The notes beneath the pieces were generated by a model. That model ran no database searches. It was given only the letters and a program-made list of their open reading frames with translations, and had not been told where the DNA came from. From Catajapyx aquilonaris (taxonomy: Eukaryota), in assembly GCA_000934665.2 (NCBI GenBank), contig JYFJ02001528.1, positions 56,983 through 76,982 on the forward strand: a stretch of DNA of 20,000 nucleotides, written 5' to 3'. Shown here piece after piece: positions 1 through 10,282 of the stretch (position 1 is its first letter; every line of letters begins with the position of its first letter). Both the position numbers and the translations under genes were made by a program.

Positions 1-2648
1 TACTGTCGCGGCCAAAAAGCGAAAGAAGAATCGCAAGTGATTCCAACGAGTTTCCCTGAAATTGCTGCAATGTCTGTACTTCAGTGTTATTGTACCATGG
101 AGTATATCAAGATTATGACGTCCGCTACTGCATAATCGCACTATATAGCAGAGACGTTTCTGCTTTTACAGTGTACTCATTGGAGCCATTAATGATGGAC
201 CGGCTTCATCTTTTTTTTCCGCTAGAGTACTTCAGAAATTATCATATGCATGTCATAAAAACTCCGCGTCTTATTGACTTAAGTTATAAACGAATTAAAA
301 CCCAGTATTTGACTTTGCTGTCACAATCCAGTGCAAATGCAATTGTACTAAATCCCTCATGATATTAGTCACATAATACATCATAACTTAGTCTTACACC
401 TGCAGGAGTAGAATATTAACGAAGTCAGGTGTGAATGATCCATATGGCTTGCATAGCTCTCCATAACTATAAATTGGATGCCGCATGAAAATCTGCGTGC
501 CTTGAGCCGAAAAGTGTGCTCACGAGCTTTAGTTGTGCAAGGGTAGGCAAAATCTCTCTCTCTCCCTGAGGACTCTGGTACGCCCATGTTTGCGGAATGA
601 TGATTCGGTCGGGATTAAAGAGGTCACGTCCCATTAGGCTAGTGGGGAACCTCTTTGGAACCCTGGTGACATAAGCAAGTTTTCTCTTTTTGCCACATTC
701 AGCAGCCAAGAGCCTGGAATTTGCTTAGTTTTTACATGCTTGAAAAGAGCAGTCTCTTTTGTAAAGAAACACTTTCAAGCAGTTCATGCTACATTACTAC
801 ATCCTTGCTATCCAGGGAGGCATTTTGTTATGCGTTTTCTCGACAATGCTTCTGAAAAGCACTCACTTCCGTAATGGAGTTACACCATTTCCCCTATTTT
901 TTACTCCAGACATTCAAGTGCGCTAAACCAGGAATTTCATACAAATAGCCTACTGAAGTAGACACAGTTACTGCTGTGCATTTTTGGAAAGGTTTCTCAC
1001 ACCCTAGAAAGCTGAACCGGTGTACAATAGACCACAGTAGATGCCGCTGGCCAAAAGAGGGCTCATGTGTCTGAAAATTTTTGAAGTGTTGCTTCAACTC
1101 TGCTCTCGTTGACACGTGAAATACCAAGGGACGAGCCATCCGCCGGAAGATTAATTATCCTCAGCTTCCATAGCATCTTTTCACTTTAGACTTTCAACGT
1201 CAGTGGTGCGGAGGAAAACCAAGTCATCGGATGAATGAAAACCGTTTTCCACATTGTGGCTTCACTTCCCCCCCCCCCTCTCCCCCGCTCAAAATGTTCA
1301 AAATGGATTCTTTTCAGATGGCGTTTAAGATGGGGGGTTTCTGGGGGTGTCCAACGTTACTTACCACCTGAAAGCACTGGTGCGTTGGTGGTATGGTGCG
1401 CGCGCATTTTATAGAAGAGTGCCGGAGCCTGGCCAATCGACTAGAGTGTAGGACTTGTAGGCTACGCACAAGAGGTTTCGTCTTTGCTTGGGAGAGATCA
1501 ATAACTGAATAGCGCTCCCACAGCCTAGTAGCACATGATGTGTAGAGGGGTACGTTGGGACTGCCTGTAGCATCCAGATATGCAGTACATGTCGTCGGAA
1601 ATGGATTCGCGGGAAAAAAATTTGGCGTGATTTAGGGCGGTTCAGAAAAGGTGGGATGGCCACTAGGCCAGGGCTTACATTTCATAAACCTGTATCGTAT
1701 AATCGATAGGTTGGTATAGCAAAGCTAAAATAGAACTATGCATCGACGCGCAAGCGTTGATTTCAAATACTCCCGCACCAAATCAATAGTGATAGTTCTG
1801 TAAGCAAACGTATTTGATCGAAGTATGACCAATACTGTGCCTTTACTATAGCAAGGCTTTCATTTTGATCCAGTTTTGCCCGTGACTCCAAGTGTTTTCT
1901 GTTCCCCGCCACGACAGACGAATCAAATGGAAATAAATGATCGGGGGAGTCGGAAGAGGCAAAGACAAGAGCAAGTCGATTCCCCGGTGCCGCTACTTTG
2001 GAGAGCCTCTCTCCAAGAGTTTGTGCCGTGAATTTCTGGCGCCGGAAAAGTTTGGTAGCCCCCATGCTTCACGTTGCTGGCCACGACACCTCGGCCAACG
2101 TGAGCAGGGAGTCGGCTCGGTGACGGGGAAGACACGCTTGATAAGCGAAAATCCAGTTTGTAGCTGAGCCTGCCCAGGGAATGGCAATGGCGCCACGTGC
2201 AGTGGTCTCTATACAGTCGCCGCAACAAGTAGCTGCAGGCTTGGACAAGAGGGGTGGGTGGGATGTGTGGTGGGAAGGAACGGAAAGTGCGGGAGAACTT
2301 CGGAACTGTTTTTGCACTACTAGAGCTCGGTTGCAAAAGCATACACTGGCAGGCGGGCTGAGACAAAGGCAAGCAAGTGTATTGAACAAGCGCCTACGTG
2401 CTGGGAGAACCCTTTAAGAGAAGATAGTGAGATCGACCCAGACTCTAGTCTTCATTACAGTTGTGTTGCGGTAATGAGGGCACCTATTGATTATTATTTT
2501 TCTCTCTCCAAACCTTCCCTCCTTCCATGCTGTGCGAAACTTCTTTTGAATGCTCTGCCTCATTTTGCGCGAAATTTGACAAACTTGGGGTTTTCCAGCA
2601 TTGTGTAACTCCGAGTTGGGGGGAGGGGGTTGTTGTCGTGAAGGAGGA

Positions 2649-2678
2649 GGGAAGGGAGGGAGGGAGGGTGAAGGGGGG
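2649..2678 (+). repeat. (GGGA)n purine tract with a canonical G-quadruplex motif
   Basis: GGGAAGGGAGGGAGGGAGGGTGAAGGGGGG has six runs of at least 3 G with 1-4 nt loops, within a G-rich stretch at 2617-2701. Confidence 0.7.
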
Positions 2679-2894
2679 AATGAGTGAGGGTAGAAGGGTG
2701 GAAAAAGAGATTCGTTTCATTTTCTTCGATGGCCTCTCCGGATGTGGAGCCAGTTATTTCGGTCCCCGGGAGCTGTTGAGAGCGAGCTGAATCGATCCCG
2801 GACTCCCGAAAATGGGAATCACCTGATGGAACGGGCTTGGCCGCCGAGGGAAGCAAGAGCTTGAAGGAATCAAGAGTAGCACCTCCTGTACGTC

Positions 2895-2989
2895 CTAACT
2901 ACTTGACCTTCCTCCTTTCCCTCACGCCTCTCTCCATCCCACTTTCATTCATTCCCGTCTTTCTCTCTTTCTCTCTTTTTCGACGGCAG
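2895..2989 (+). promoter_or_regulatory. Candidate 3' splice site (branch point, polypyrimidine tract, CAG) in the 5' UTR region
   Basis: CTAAC at 2895-2899 is followed by about 88 nt of pyrimidine-rich sequence with no AG, ending at CAG (2987-2989), 157 nt upstream of the ATG. Confidence 0.65.
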
Positions 2990-3039
2990 CCACAATGTAA
3001 GTTGGTGCAGAGGCGGCAGAAGGCAAGGCGAGAGGCTTC

Positions 3040-3126
3040 ATGGCCCCATCTGGTAGCTGGCAGACGACGTCATCACTGCCGCGCCTTTTCGTGACCTCCT
3101 ACCTTCCCTGGTGGAAAGTTCAGTAA
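3040..3126 (+). promoter_or_regulatory. Upstream ORF (28 codons, MAPSGSWQTTSSLPRLFVTSYLPWWKVQ) in the presumed 5' UTR
   Basis: ATG at 3040 and TAA at 3124-3126, out of frame with the main ATG and ending 20 nt before it. Translation is unproven. Confidence 0.35.
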
Positions 3127-3146
3127 GCTACTAATAATAAAGCCAA

Positions 3147-6100
3147 ATGTCTGGTACCAACCATATTCTACTGTACTGTGCTATTCGCAATGTTAGGTCC
3201 ACCAGGGACGGCTGGCTGGGTGTAGTGTTGCTGCTGTTGCTGCCGGTCTTATTGCTTCCTGTTGGGGTCAACGGAAACAAATGCCCTCCGGTGCAAGAGA
3301 GTCCACAATGCGCCTGCTACCACTTTGATGACGGCGTCTTTCTGGAGTGCCCCAGCGTGAGCCTACAGGCCCTGCATGACACTCTCAAGATGGTATCGGC
3401 TCCAATCAAATCGCTGAGCGTCTACGATCTGGACAGAAACTTGTCCGTGCTTCCCAAGAATATGTTTCCAGATGACTCCCCGCCCGTCCAGCATTTGCAA
3501 ATATCGCATTCTGGCATCGAAGCTGTGGACGAGGAAAGCCTGACAGGTCTTCGGGACAGTCTTGAGGCATTGACGCTGGTCAACAGCCGCCTGCAGCATG
3601 TACCTCAAAAAGCGCTAGAAAGGTTGACTCGTCTGCGTTCATTAGATCTAGAGGGAAACCAGATTCACGAGCTTCCCAGTTATAGTTTTTTTGGCCTTTC
3701 CCTAGCCAAAGTAAACCTGAAGAGCAATCGTTTAGAAAAAATAGCCGAATATGCGTTTGCGGGATTGGAAGAGTCTTTAAGTGAATTGGGCATGACGGAG
3801 AACAAACTCAAAACGTTTCCGATGACAGCTGCGATACGATTGGCCAGTCTGCGCTTCCTGAAGCTGGCCTGGAACGAAATCGACACGATTCCTTCAGATG
3901 GGTACTCAAAGCTGCCATCTCTCGAGTATCTAGATCTAAGTTCCAACAATTTCGTCGCCATTTCGGAAGACACTTTTGAAGCGATGCCGCAATTGACCAC
4001 CTTGTCTCTCTTGTACAATGCGATTGGCAATGTCGATAAGAATGCGTTTCGATCTCTGACCGAGCTTCAAACTATCGATTTGAGCCACAACAAGATCGTC
4101 TTTTTGGAGAGCACCACTTTCTTGCGGAACAAGCGCTTGAGGACTATCGACTTGAGTCATAATCACATTCACTACATCAACGAAGCCTTTTCCAATTTGA
4201 CAGAATTGCGTGAACTCTTTTTGCTAGAAAACAATGTTTTGAGCATACCCAACGAAGCGTTTTTGGGCTCCAACCAACTCTCTGTCATTTATTTGCAACA
4301 AAACGCAGTCAAGAGCGTGGGGGCAGAGGCACTGGGATCTTTAACTAACCTCTCCCAGATTCATTTGAGTTCCAACTATATCGAACAGATACCTCCCACT
4401 CTGTTTGAGCACAATAGGAGGCTAGCCTCGCTCAGCCTAGACGGAAACAGACTCACTCAATTGTTTCCTGGCACCTTCCGCAGCTTACTTGAGTTGCGAG
4501 AGCTGCGCCTACAACTCAACTTTTTGGGCTCCATTGAACGTGGAGTGTTTGCCCCTCTGCCTGCTCTCCTAGAATTACATCTCCAAAACAACCGTATCAC
4601 ACACATAGATCCTGGAGCATTTTCTACCTTGAGAAAGCTTCAACACATCAATCTTCAGGGCAATTTCCTGACTCACCTTGGAGAGGTGTTTAGTTCCAGC
4701 GCGCCAAACCTGCTGTCCATCCAATTGGACTGGAATCAGTTGGTCTCTATTCACCGGGACTCTCTGCAAGGTCAAACGGGTGTCCAAATAATGTGGTTGG
4801 GTCATAATCGGTTACCCCAGCTGAATGCCTCCCTCCTAAGCGACTTGCACAGCGTTCAACGCCTGTACCTTACCTACAACGAGCTGAAGGTGGTGGAAGA
4901 TGGGGCCTTTGAAAACATGGCAGCATTGCAATTTCTGGAGATGAACGACAACCGACTGGTCAGCATCACTCGAAACACGTTTCGCGGCTTGGCTAGCTTG
5001 GAAGAGCTGTACTTAGCTCGCAACGCACTGACGCAAATAGAACCGGCGTCTTTCGACGTACTGGTGCGTCTGGGCTCATTGGATTTGTCAGGAAATATTC
5101 TCCTGACCCTTAGCGACCAGATGTTTCAAGCTAAGCTACCCTTGCAAATGCTGAACCTTGGCCAAGCCGCACTCCAGAGCATCTCCCCGGGAGCCCTTAA
5201 GCCTCTGGTCAGCCTCCGCGAGTTGAACCTAGAGGACAACCAGATCAGTGCAGAGTCCATCCCACACTTACAAATCGACACGTTGCAAGTGCTGAAGCTC
5301 TCGGGTAATAATCTGAGCCGCTTGTCTGAGGAGGTCAGCCTGGCTCTGCCCTCTCTACAGCACCTGTCTGTAGAAGATGCTTCTCTGGGCAGGATTCCTG
5401 AGGGATTGTTCCTGCAGACGCCCCAGGTGCAGGTGTTACGCCTAGCCCGGAACCAACTGCGGAACATCACGCCCTCTACCCTGTTGCCACTGCATGCCTC
5501 TCTCCGGGAGCTCTATCTGGATGGCAACAACCTACGTGCCTTTCCTTACCAAGCTTTGGCCAACGCCAGCAGTAGCTTGGAGGTGCTGACCCTTTCCAAG
5601 AACCGCATCTCCAACGTGGACGTGTCCAAGCTGTACCTGCCCAAGTTGCATACACTGGACCTGAGCGCCAACCGCCTGACGCGCATGGTGGACTTTGCCT
5701 GCTGCCCTCCGGCTCTTCCCAACATCCAGAAGCTCGATTTGAGCGGGAATCGCTTGTCACGTTTGCACCAGGCCTTCTTTCTCAACACCACTCTCTCCCG
5801 GGTCAATCTGGCCTCGAATCATTTCGTGCACGTACCGGAGCCATTGTCAGAGAGGAATCTTCGAGCCTTGCGCGTGCTCAATCTGACGGGTAACCCCTTA
5901 CTGAGTCTGCATGAGGACGTGCCCCTGCTGCCCAGCTTTCCAGCAGTGCTGGAATTACATATCACTGGCACTAACCTCTCCATACTCACCAGCAAGGACT
6001 TTGAAGCCTTTCCGGCGCTCCTGCACTTATTCTTGCGCGCCAACCTGATTGCACGTGTTTCTCCGGGAGCCTTCCGGCCCCTGACAAGCCTTCTCACCCT

Positions 6101-6236
6101 TGATCTGGGCTCCAACGAGATGGAGTTGCTACCTCAAGAGCGACTGCGAGGGCTCCTCCAGCTGCGTCTGCTCAACCTCACTCATAATCGCCTGAAGATG
6201 TTGGAGGAGTTTCCCAGGGATCTGCAAAACTTACAA
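3147..6236 (+). CDS. First coding exon (1030 codons) of a large extracellular leucine-rich-repeat protein, artichoke/chaoptin-like
   Basis: Uninterrupted ORF with ATG in CCAAATG context and an in-frame TAA at 3138-3140. A hydrophobic signal peptide (GWLGVVLLLLLPVLLLPVGVNG) is followed by a Cys-rich LRRNT cap (CPP..PQCACY..LECP) and roughly 38-40 LxxLxLxxNxL repeats of about 24 aa. The exon ends at the donor CAA|GTTAGT (6236/6237, phase 0). The last 8 aa of the listed ORF (VSQFIISA) break the LRR pattern and are intronic. The exact orthologue cannot be assigned without a search. Confidence 0.95.
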
Positions 6237-6843
6237 GTTAGTCAATTCATTATTTCTGCATGATCCTTGAAGCTGGTTATTACATGTACTGTACGCTTTG
6301 ATGTTCGAAATAGTTATTACTTATTACTTATTAAGTTTAATCTGACCATGTCGCAGCTGGTAATTTGAAGTGTTTTTGCTCCGAATTGGAATCTACAGTG
6401 CACATAGTCTGCCTGCCTATACACTTTTATACACAGAGATCCTTGAGTTTTTCATCATTTTGCCTGATATCTATATAGCTCGACATCTCTTTTGCGCTCT
6501 TTGAAGTATGCTTCAAAGGTTGAGTGAATATTCTACAGCCGCGTCATTATTCTCACTAGTAAGTTCTTGCAGTGTGTGACACTATAGAGTCCATAATCTA
6601 GGCCTCTGTGGGAGTGTGATATCAGAGCAGTGCATATTATAAGGATGAATGATAAAGAGACGGGCCGTGTGCATTCGAGCCGTTAATATTTTCGCCCTCG
6701 TAGATTTCTCAAGCTGTGCAATTTCTTCACGTGCTTGATACATTAGAGGGCTATGGCCTATGCTATAGGAATTTGCGATCATATCGGAGAGAAAGGGACA
6801 CTGCAACATATTATATTGCGTATTTATAAAACCACGACTTTAT

Positions 6844-6866
6844 CCCCCCCCCNCCCCCCCCCCCCC
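6844..6866. repeat. Poly-C homopolymer containing an ambiguous base (N at 6853)
   Basis: Seen directly; probably a low-quality position or an assembly join. Confidence 0.9.
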
Positions 6867-7269
6867 AAATTAAGTTTTCGAATGATTTTCCGTTTTTATT
6901 GGTGCACTGCAGTACTAGAAACGAGCATTGTTACAGGCATACAAATTACCTGTACGACCTCACACGTGTTTTGCACTCCTCCGGCCATAGTCGTCCGAAT
7001 GTCAGAAAATCGTCTCAAGTCCAGGTACGCTAATGATATGACGTGATTATTTTATGCCGTAATTTAGGTTTGTCATTCGCTGGTTGGTAAAAATTTTATT
7101 TCATCTATAGGGTGGTTTCATTTCAGATCAGCCAGTGAGTGAAAAAAGGTGTCAGGTCATAGTCATCGATTTTTTTGAAAAAAGTATAATAGTGAGACAC
7201 GATTTTTTTTACAGTGGTAATTTTTGTTTCTATGCAACAACATGCACATTTCAAAAATTAATGTATGGA

Positions 7270-7329
7270 AAACGCCATTTTTAATATGCAATATTCTTAA
7301 AAGAATATTGCATATTAAAAATGGCGTTT
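7270..7329. repeat. Perfect 29-bp-arm palindrome with a 2-nt loop
   Basis: AAACGCCATTTTTAATATGCAATATTCTT-AA-AAGAATATTGCATATTAAAAATGGCGTTT. Confidence 0.95.
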
Positions 7330-7809
7330 ATTATATTTCATAAAGGAAATACCAGTTCTGTCATACAATAATATAAAAACCTGGTATAGATTCTTGATGG
7401 TACCGGTACAAATTTATGAAGTGGTATTTTTGCTTTCGTTTAGTGTCTTTCAACACCCTTGCAGTTACTTCTAAAGTTATAAACTCATAATGAATTATAA
7501 CAATAGTGAAATTTATTTATATTTCGTCAGTTGCAACACTCCGTATCCTATCTCATAGACTTGGGTACAGTTGTTAACATATTAATATGCGTGAACTGAT
7601 ATAGTCTAACTTTTGGTGTGAATTTCATTATAGTAGGGAACTTACTTGACAGTACTTAAGTAGCAGTCACTTCCTCTTGTCAGGAGAAGTATATGTGCGT
7701 GTCATTATTGTACATCCATTGTCCACGAACCAATGATGGCAACTTTGAATCCCTTTCGCTGCTGGAATGGCTGCCCATTCATTTTTTTTTTTGCTTCCGG
7801 TATACTTCC

Positions 7810-8350
7810 ACTATTCATAAATTTGTATCATCAAGAATCTATACCAGGTTTTTATATTATTGTATGACAGAACTGGTCTTTCCTTTATGAAGTATAAAAG
7901 AATATTGCGTATTAAAAATGGCGTTTTTCATATATTAATTTTTGAAATGTGCATGTTGTTGCATAGAAACAAAAATCATCACTGTAAAAAAAATTCGTGT
8001 CTCACTGAATACAAAATAATATATACCGAATTTTGATATAATTTTATAATCGAACTCATGCTACTTTGTTATACAAAAATAACGATTAAATTTTCAAAAT
8101 TGCTTCTTCGAGAAAATATTTATTTTAAGTGTGCATATTGTAGCACAATATATTACAAAAGTTGTGACTTTACAAAAATTTATATCTCACGTATAAGAAA
8201 TATATACCGGGTTTTGACACCAGTTAAATTTATACCATGCCTTTCCTATTAAAATATAAAATTAAAATAAAATATTAAAAATTGTTTTTTTGAGAAAATA
8301 ATTTTTGAAATATGCATGTTTTCGCTTGTTGCCATATTTTCACCTCGCAT
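7810..8350. repeat. Degenerate tandem array of about 3 x 182-bp units inside the foldback element
   Basis: The motif ATACC(A/G)..TTTT recurs at 7841, 8023 and 8204 (spacing 182 and 181). TTTT(G/A)AA-TGTGCAT-like motifs recur at about 7940, 8125 and 8303, and TCTCA motifs at about 8000, 8185 and 8353. Confidence 0.6.
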
Positions 8351-9325
8351 ATCTCAACGACACGCGGAGCTAACGAAGGTTTTATTTCATAGCCTGGAAG
8401 GGGTCACCGAGTATATCACAAAATATAATCAGCACAACCGTCACGTTTACCATAACGGCGTAATAAATTGCGAAATATGCGCATTTTGACCAAAATATGC
8501 AAGATTGGTGATTTTTTGCAGGTGACTGTACCATTAAGTAGAGTAAATTTATGCATTAAATGACAGTGTGATATTCCAAAAGCATGAGTTTAAAATTTCA
8601 TGTTGGTTCTCAGAACAGTTCCCGAGATATCCTCATTGAAAGCAATGAAAAAGGCGGGAAAAAGTGCGTCTTCGCGTGATTGTGATTTTGGTACCCCTTC
8701 AAAGAAATATTAATATCTCGATAACTAAACTTAATCTGGTAAAACTGATTGCTCCATAAGAGTTCAATTGGATGTGGGTTTCACATATATTTTTTTCAAA
8801 AATATCGATGACTATATGACCTGACACCTTTTTTCACTCACTGGCTGATCTGAAATGGAACCACCCTATAAGACTTCGTTGTGGTTAATTGATGCAGCAG
8901 CGATATACCAAAACCGTAACATGGAGTTACCTGTTGGCAGAGTACTGAGATACTGTTGTTTGTCATGGAGCATAGCATATTTTGTCTTTTATATCGGAAT
9001 ATCACGTAATCAAAAAATCCATTCCAATCCGAGAGGATTCTCGCAATCGTATTAGTGACTTGGTCTGGAATGAGCCGATATGCCTGTTTCAAAATGCAGA
9101 ATGCCTCAGTCTGCATCGCGTAAAGGGAGGAATGCTTTAAATACCTGTATTTGAAATGTTTTTAAAGTTTATAAATATACCGTATTTCTGTTCATATCAA
9201 TTTATTTTTAGTAACTGACTACATTAATTGCCTTTTATTCAACTATTGTGATACAGACATCATGGTCATAGGCTCATAGTTTTATAAACTCCTGGTGTCT
9301 CGTATCGCATCAGTTTATTCTCGTA

Positions 9326-10282
9326 CCGTCAACCGGGGTGACTTTACACAGAAAAAGCACATTTCTGCACATTTCTGGTCGGCATGGGTTTCTGTGACAA
9401 ATTCTGACCACTTTTTCTGGGCACCTGGTGAGGACCTCGTACGCTGCATATGTTGGCACATTGACCTCTGTCCTGGGACGAATTGGTAAAATACAAAAAA
9501 ATTGAACTCAGCTTGTGTAAAGTAACCCCAAGACGGGGTGACTTTACACATACGAGAAAGGGAGTGATTCTATGAGCACTGTAATGTTGGGTGACATGAG
9601 AGAAGTCATTCTTGTAACTCAGAACTATAAACTTAGTAGGGGAAGAAAAATTGGACATGTAGGGACATTACTCCACATTATTTCATTACGGTACCGTAGT
9701 TCTATCCAGTCACGACAAAAAGTTTAAAAAAACAGCCACAAACAACTGTGCACTCACAGCAAACACAGGTTCTCTTTTATCTTAAGGTTGCAAAAGCCTA
9801 GAGAAAGTGGAAAATGCGGTACTGCGTAAGGTAGGTACCGGTAGGGTACCAATACGGTATGTGTAAAGACACCCCACGTGCACGAAAACATTTGGCGTGA
9901 CATGAAACTTGTTCGATTTAAGCTAACAGACAACTTTTCTGCGTGTATGACTTGTGTCCCGGCCATGCCAGATATATTTCCGAGGTTCCAGGCCCAAACA
10001 CATTCATGTCAGTAATTTGCACGGTACTCCACCAGTTAGAAGTTTGCAACAGATCCCCAAGTAGGCTTTTTGTGGCCTTGCATTCACAGCCTCATCACTA
10101 CCACTGTTTTCCTCGCATTGTACACCTCTTGCCGTACTGGACACCTGATGGAGCCATGATTAGTATACACTCATGTAGTGTGCGATGGTGTTCATCATTT
10201 GGCCAAGAGATGGCGACGAAAGGTTTTCCCACTTCTGTGTAATTAAGTCACCCCCTGTGTGTAAAGTCACCCCGGTTGACGG
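9326..10282. mobile_element. 957-bp MITE of the Tc1/mariner-pogo type with a TA target duplication
   Basis: Perfect 25-bp TIRs CCGTCAACCGGGGTGACTTTACACA at 9326-9350 and 10258-10282, flanked by TA (9324-9325 and 10283-10284). Internal copies of GGGGTGACTTTACACA lie at 9514-9529 (reverse), 9535-9550, 9860-9875 (reverse) and 10236-10254 (reverse). No transposase ORF is present. Confidence 0.92.

Larger units (their letters stand above)
7110..8866. mobile_element. Non-autonomous DNA transposon with long, asymmetric inverted repeats (foldback-like; Sola2-like if the TSD is TATA, Tc1/mariner-like if the TSD is TA)
   Basis: The left end TATA-GGGTGGTTTCATTTCAGATCAGCCAGTGAGTGAAAAAAGGTGTCAGGTCAT.. 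matches the reverse complement of about 8791-8866 over ~75 bp, with TATA on both sides (7106-7109 and 8867-8870). A second inverted pair lies at 7191-7424 and 7808-8006. No transposase ORF is present. Confidence 0.9.

Noticed and set aside
403..488. Peptide ..RILTKS../MACIALHNY resembling the PIF/Harbinger transposase C-terminal 'AC..LHN' motif
   Set aside because: Needs a frameshift, is flanked by stops, and no catalytic DDE motifs or TIRs are visible. Too short to call without a TBLASTN search.
1763..3094. Overlapping 67-149 aa ORFs in the GC-richer upstream region
   Set aside because: No domain-like sequence; explained by base composition and low complexity.
3363..6115. Multiple antisense ORFs of 76-116 aa
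   Set aside because: Shadows of the codon bias of the LRR exon, with no recognisable protein features.
6237..6263. ORF-track end (VSQFIISA-stop) as the true C-terminus
   Set aside because: There is a good donor at 6237, exact LRR continuation at 19316, no LRRCT cap and no nearby AATAAA.
6844..6866. Poly-C run as a functional element
   Set aside because: Contains an N, so its length and continuity are uncertain.
9326..10282. Recurrent GGGGTGACTTTACACA motif as a CRISPR-like array
   Set aside because: Irregular spacing, mixed orientation, eukaryotic context and no cas genes; explained as MITE TIR and subterminal repeats.
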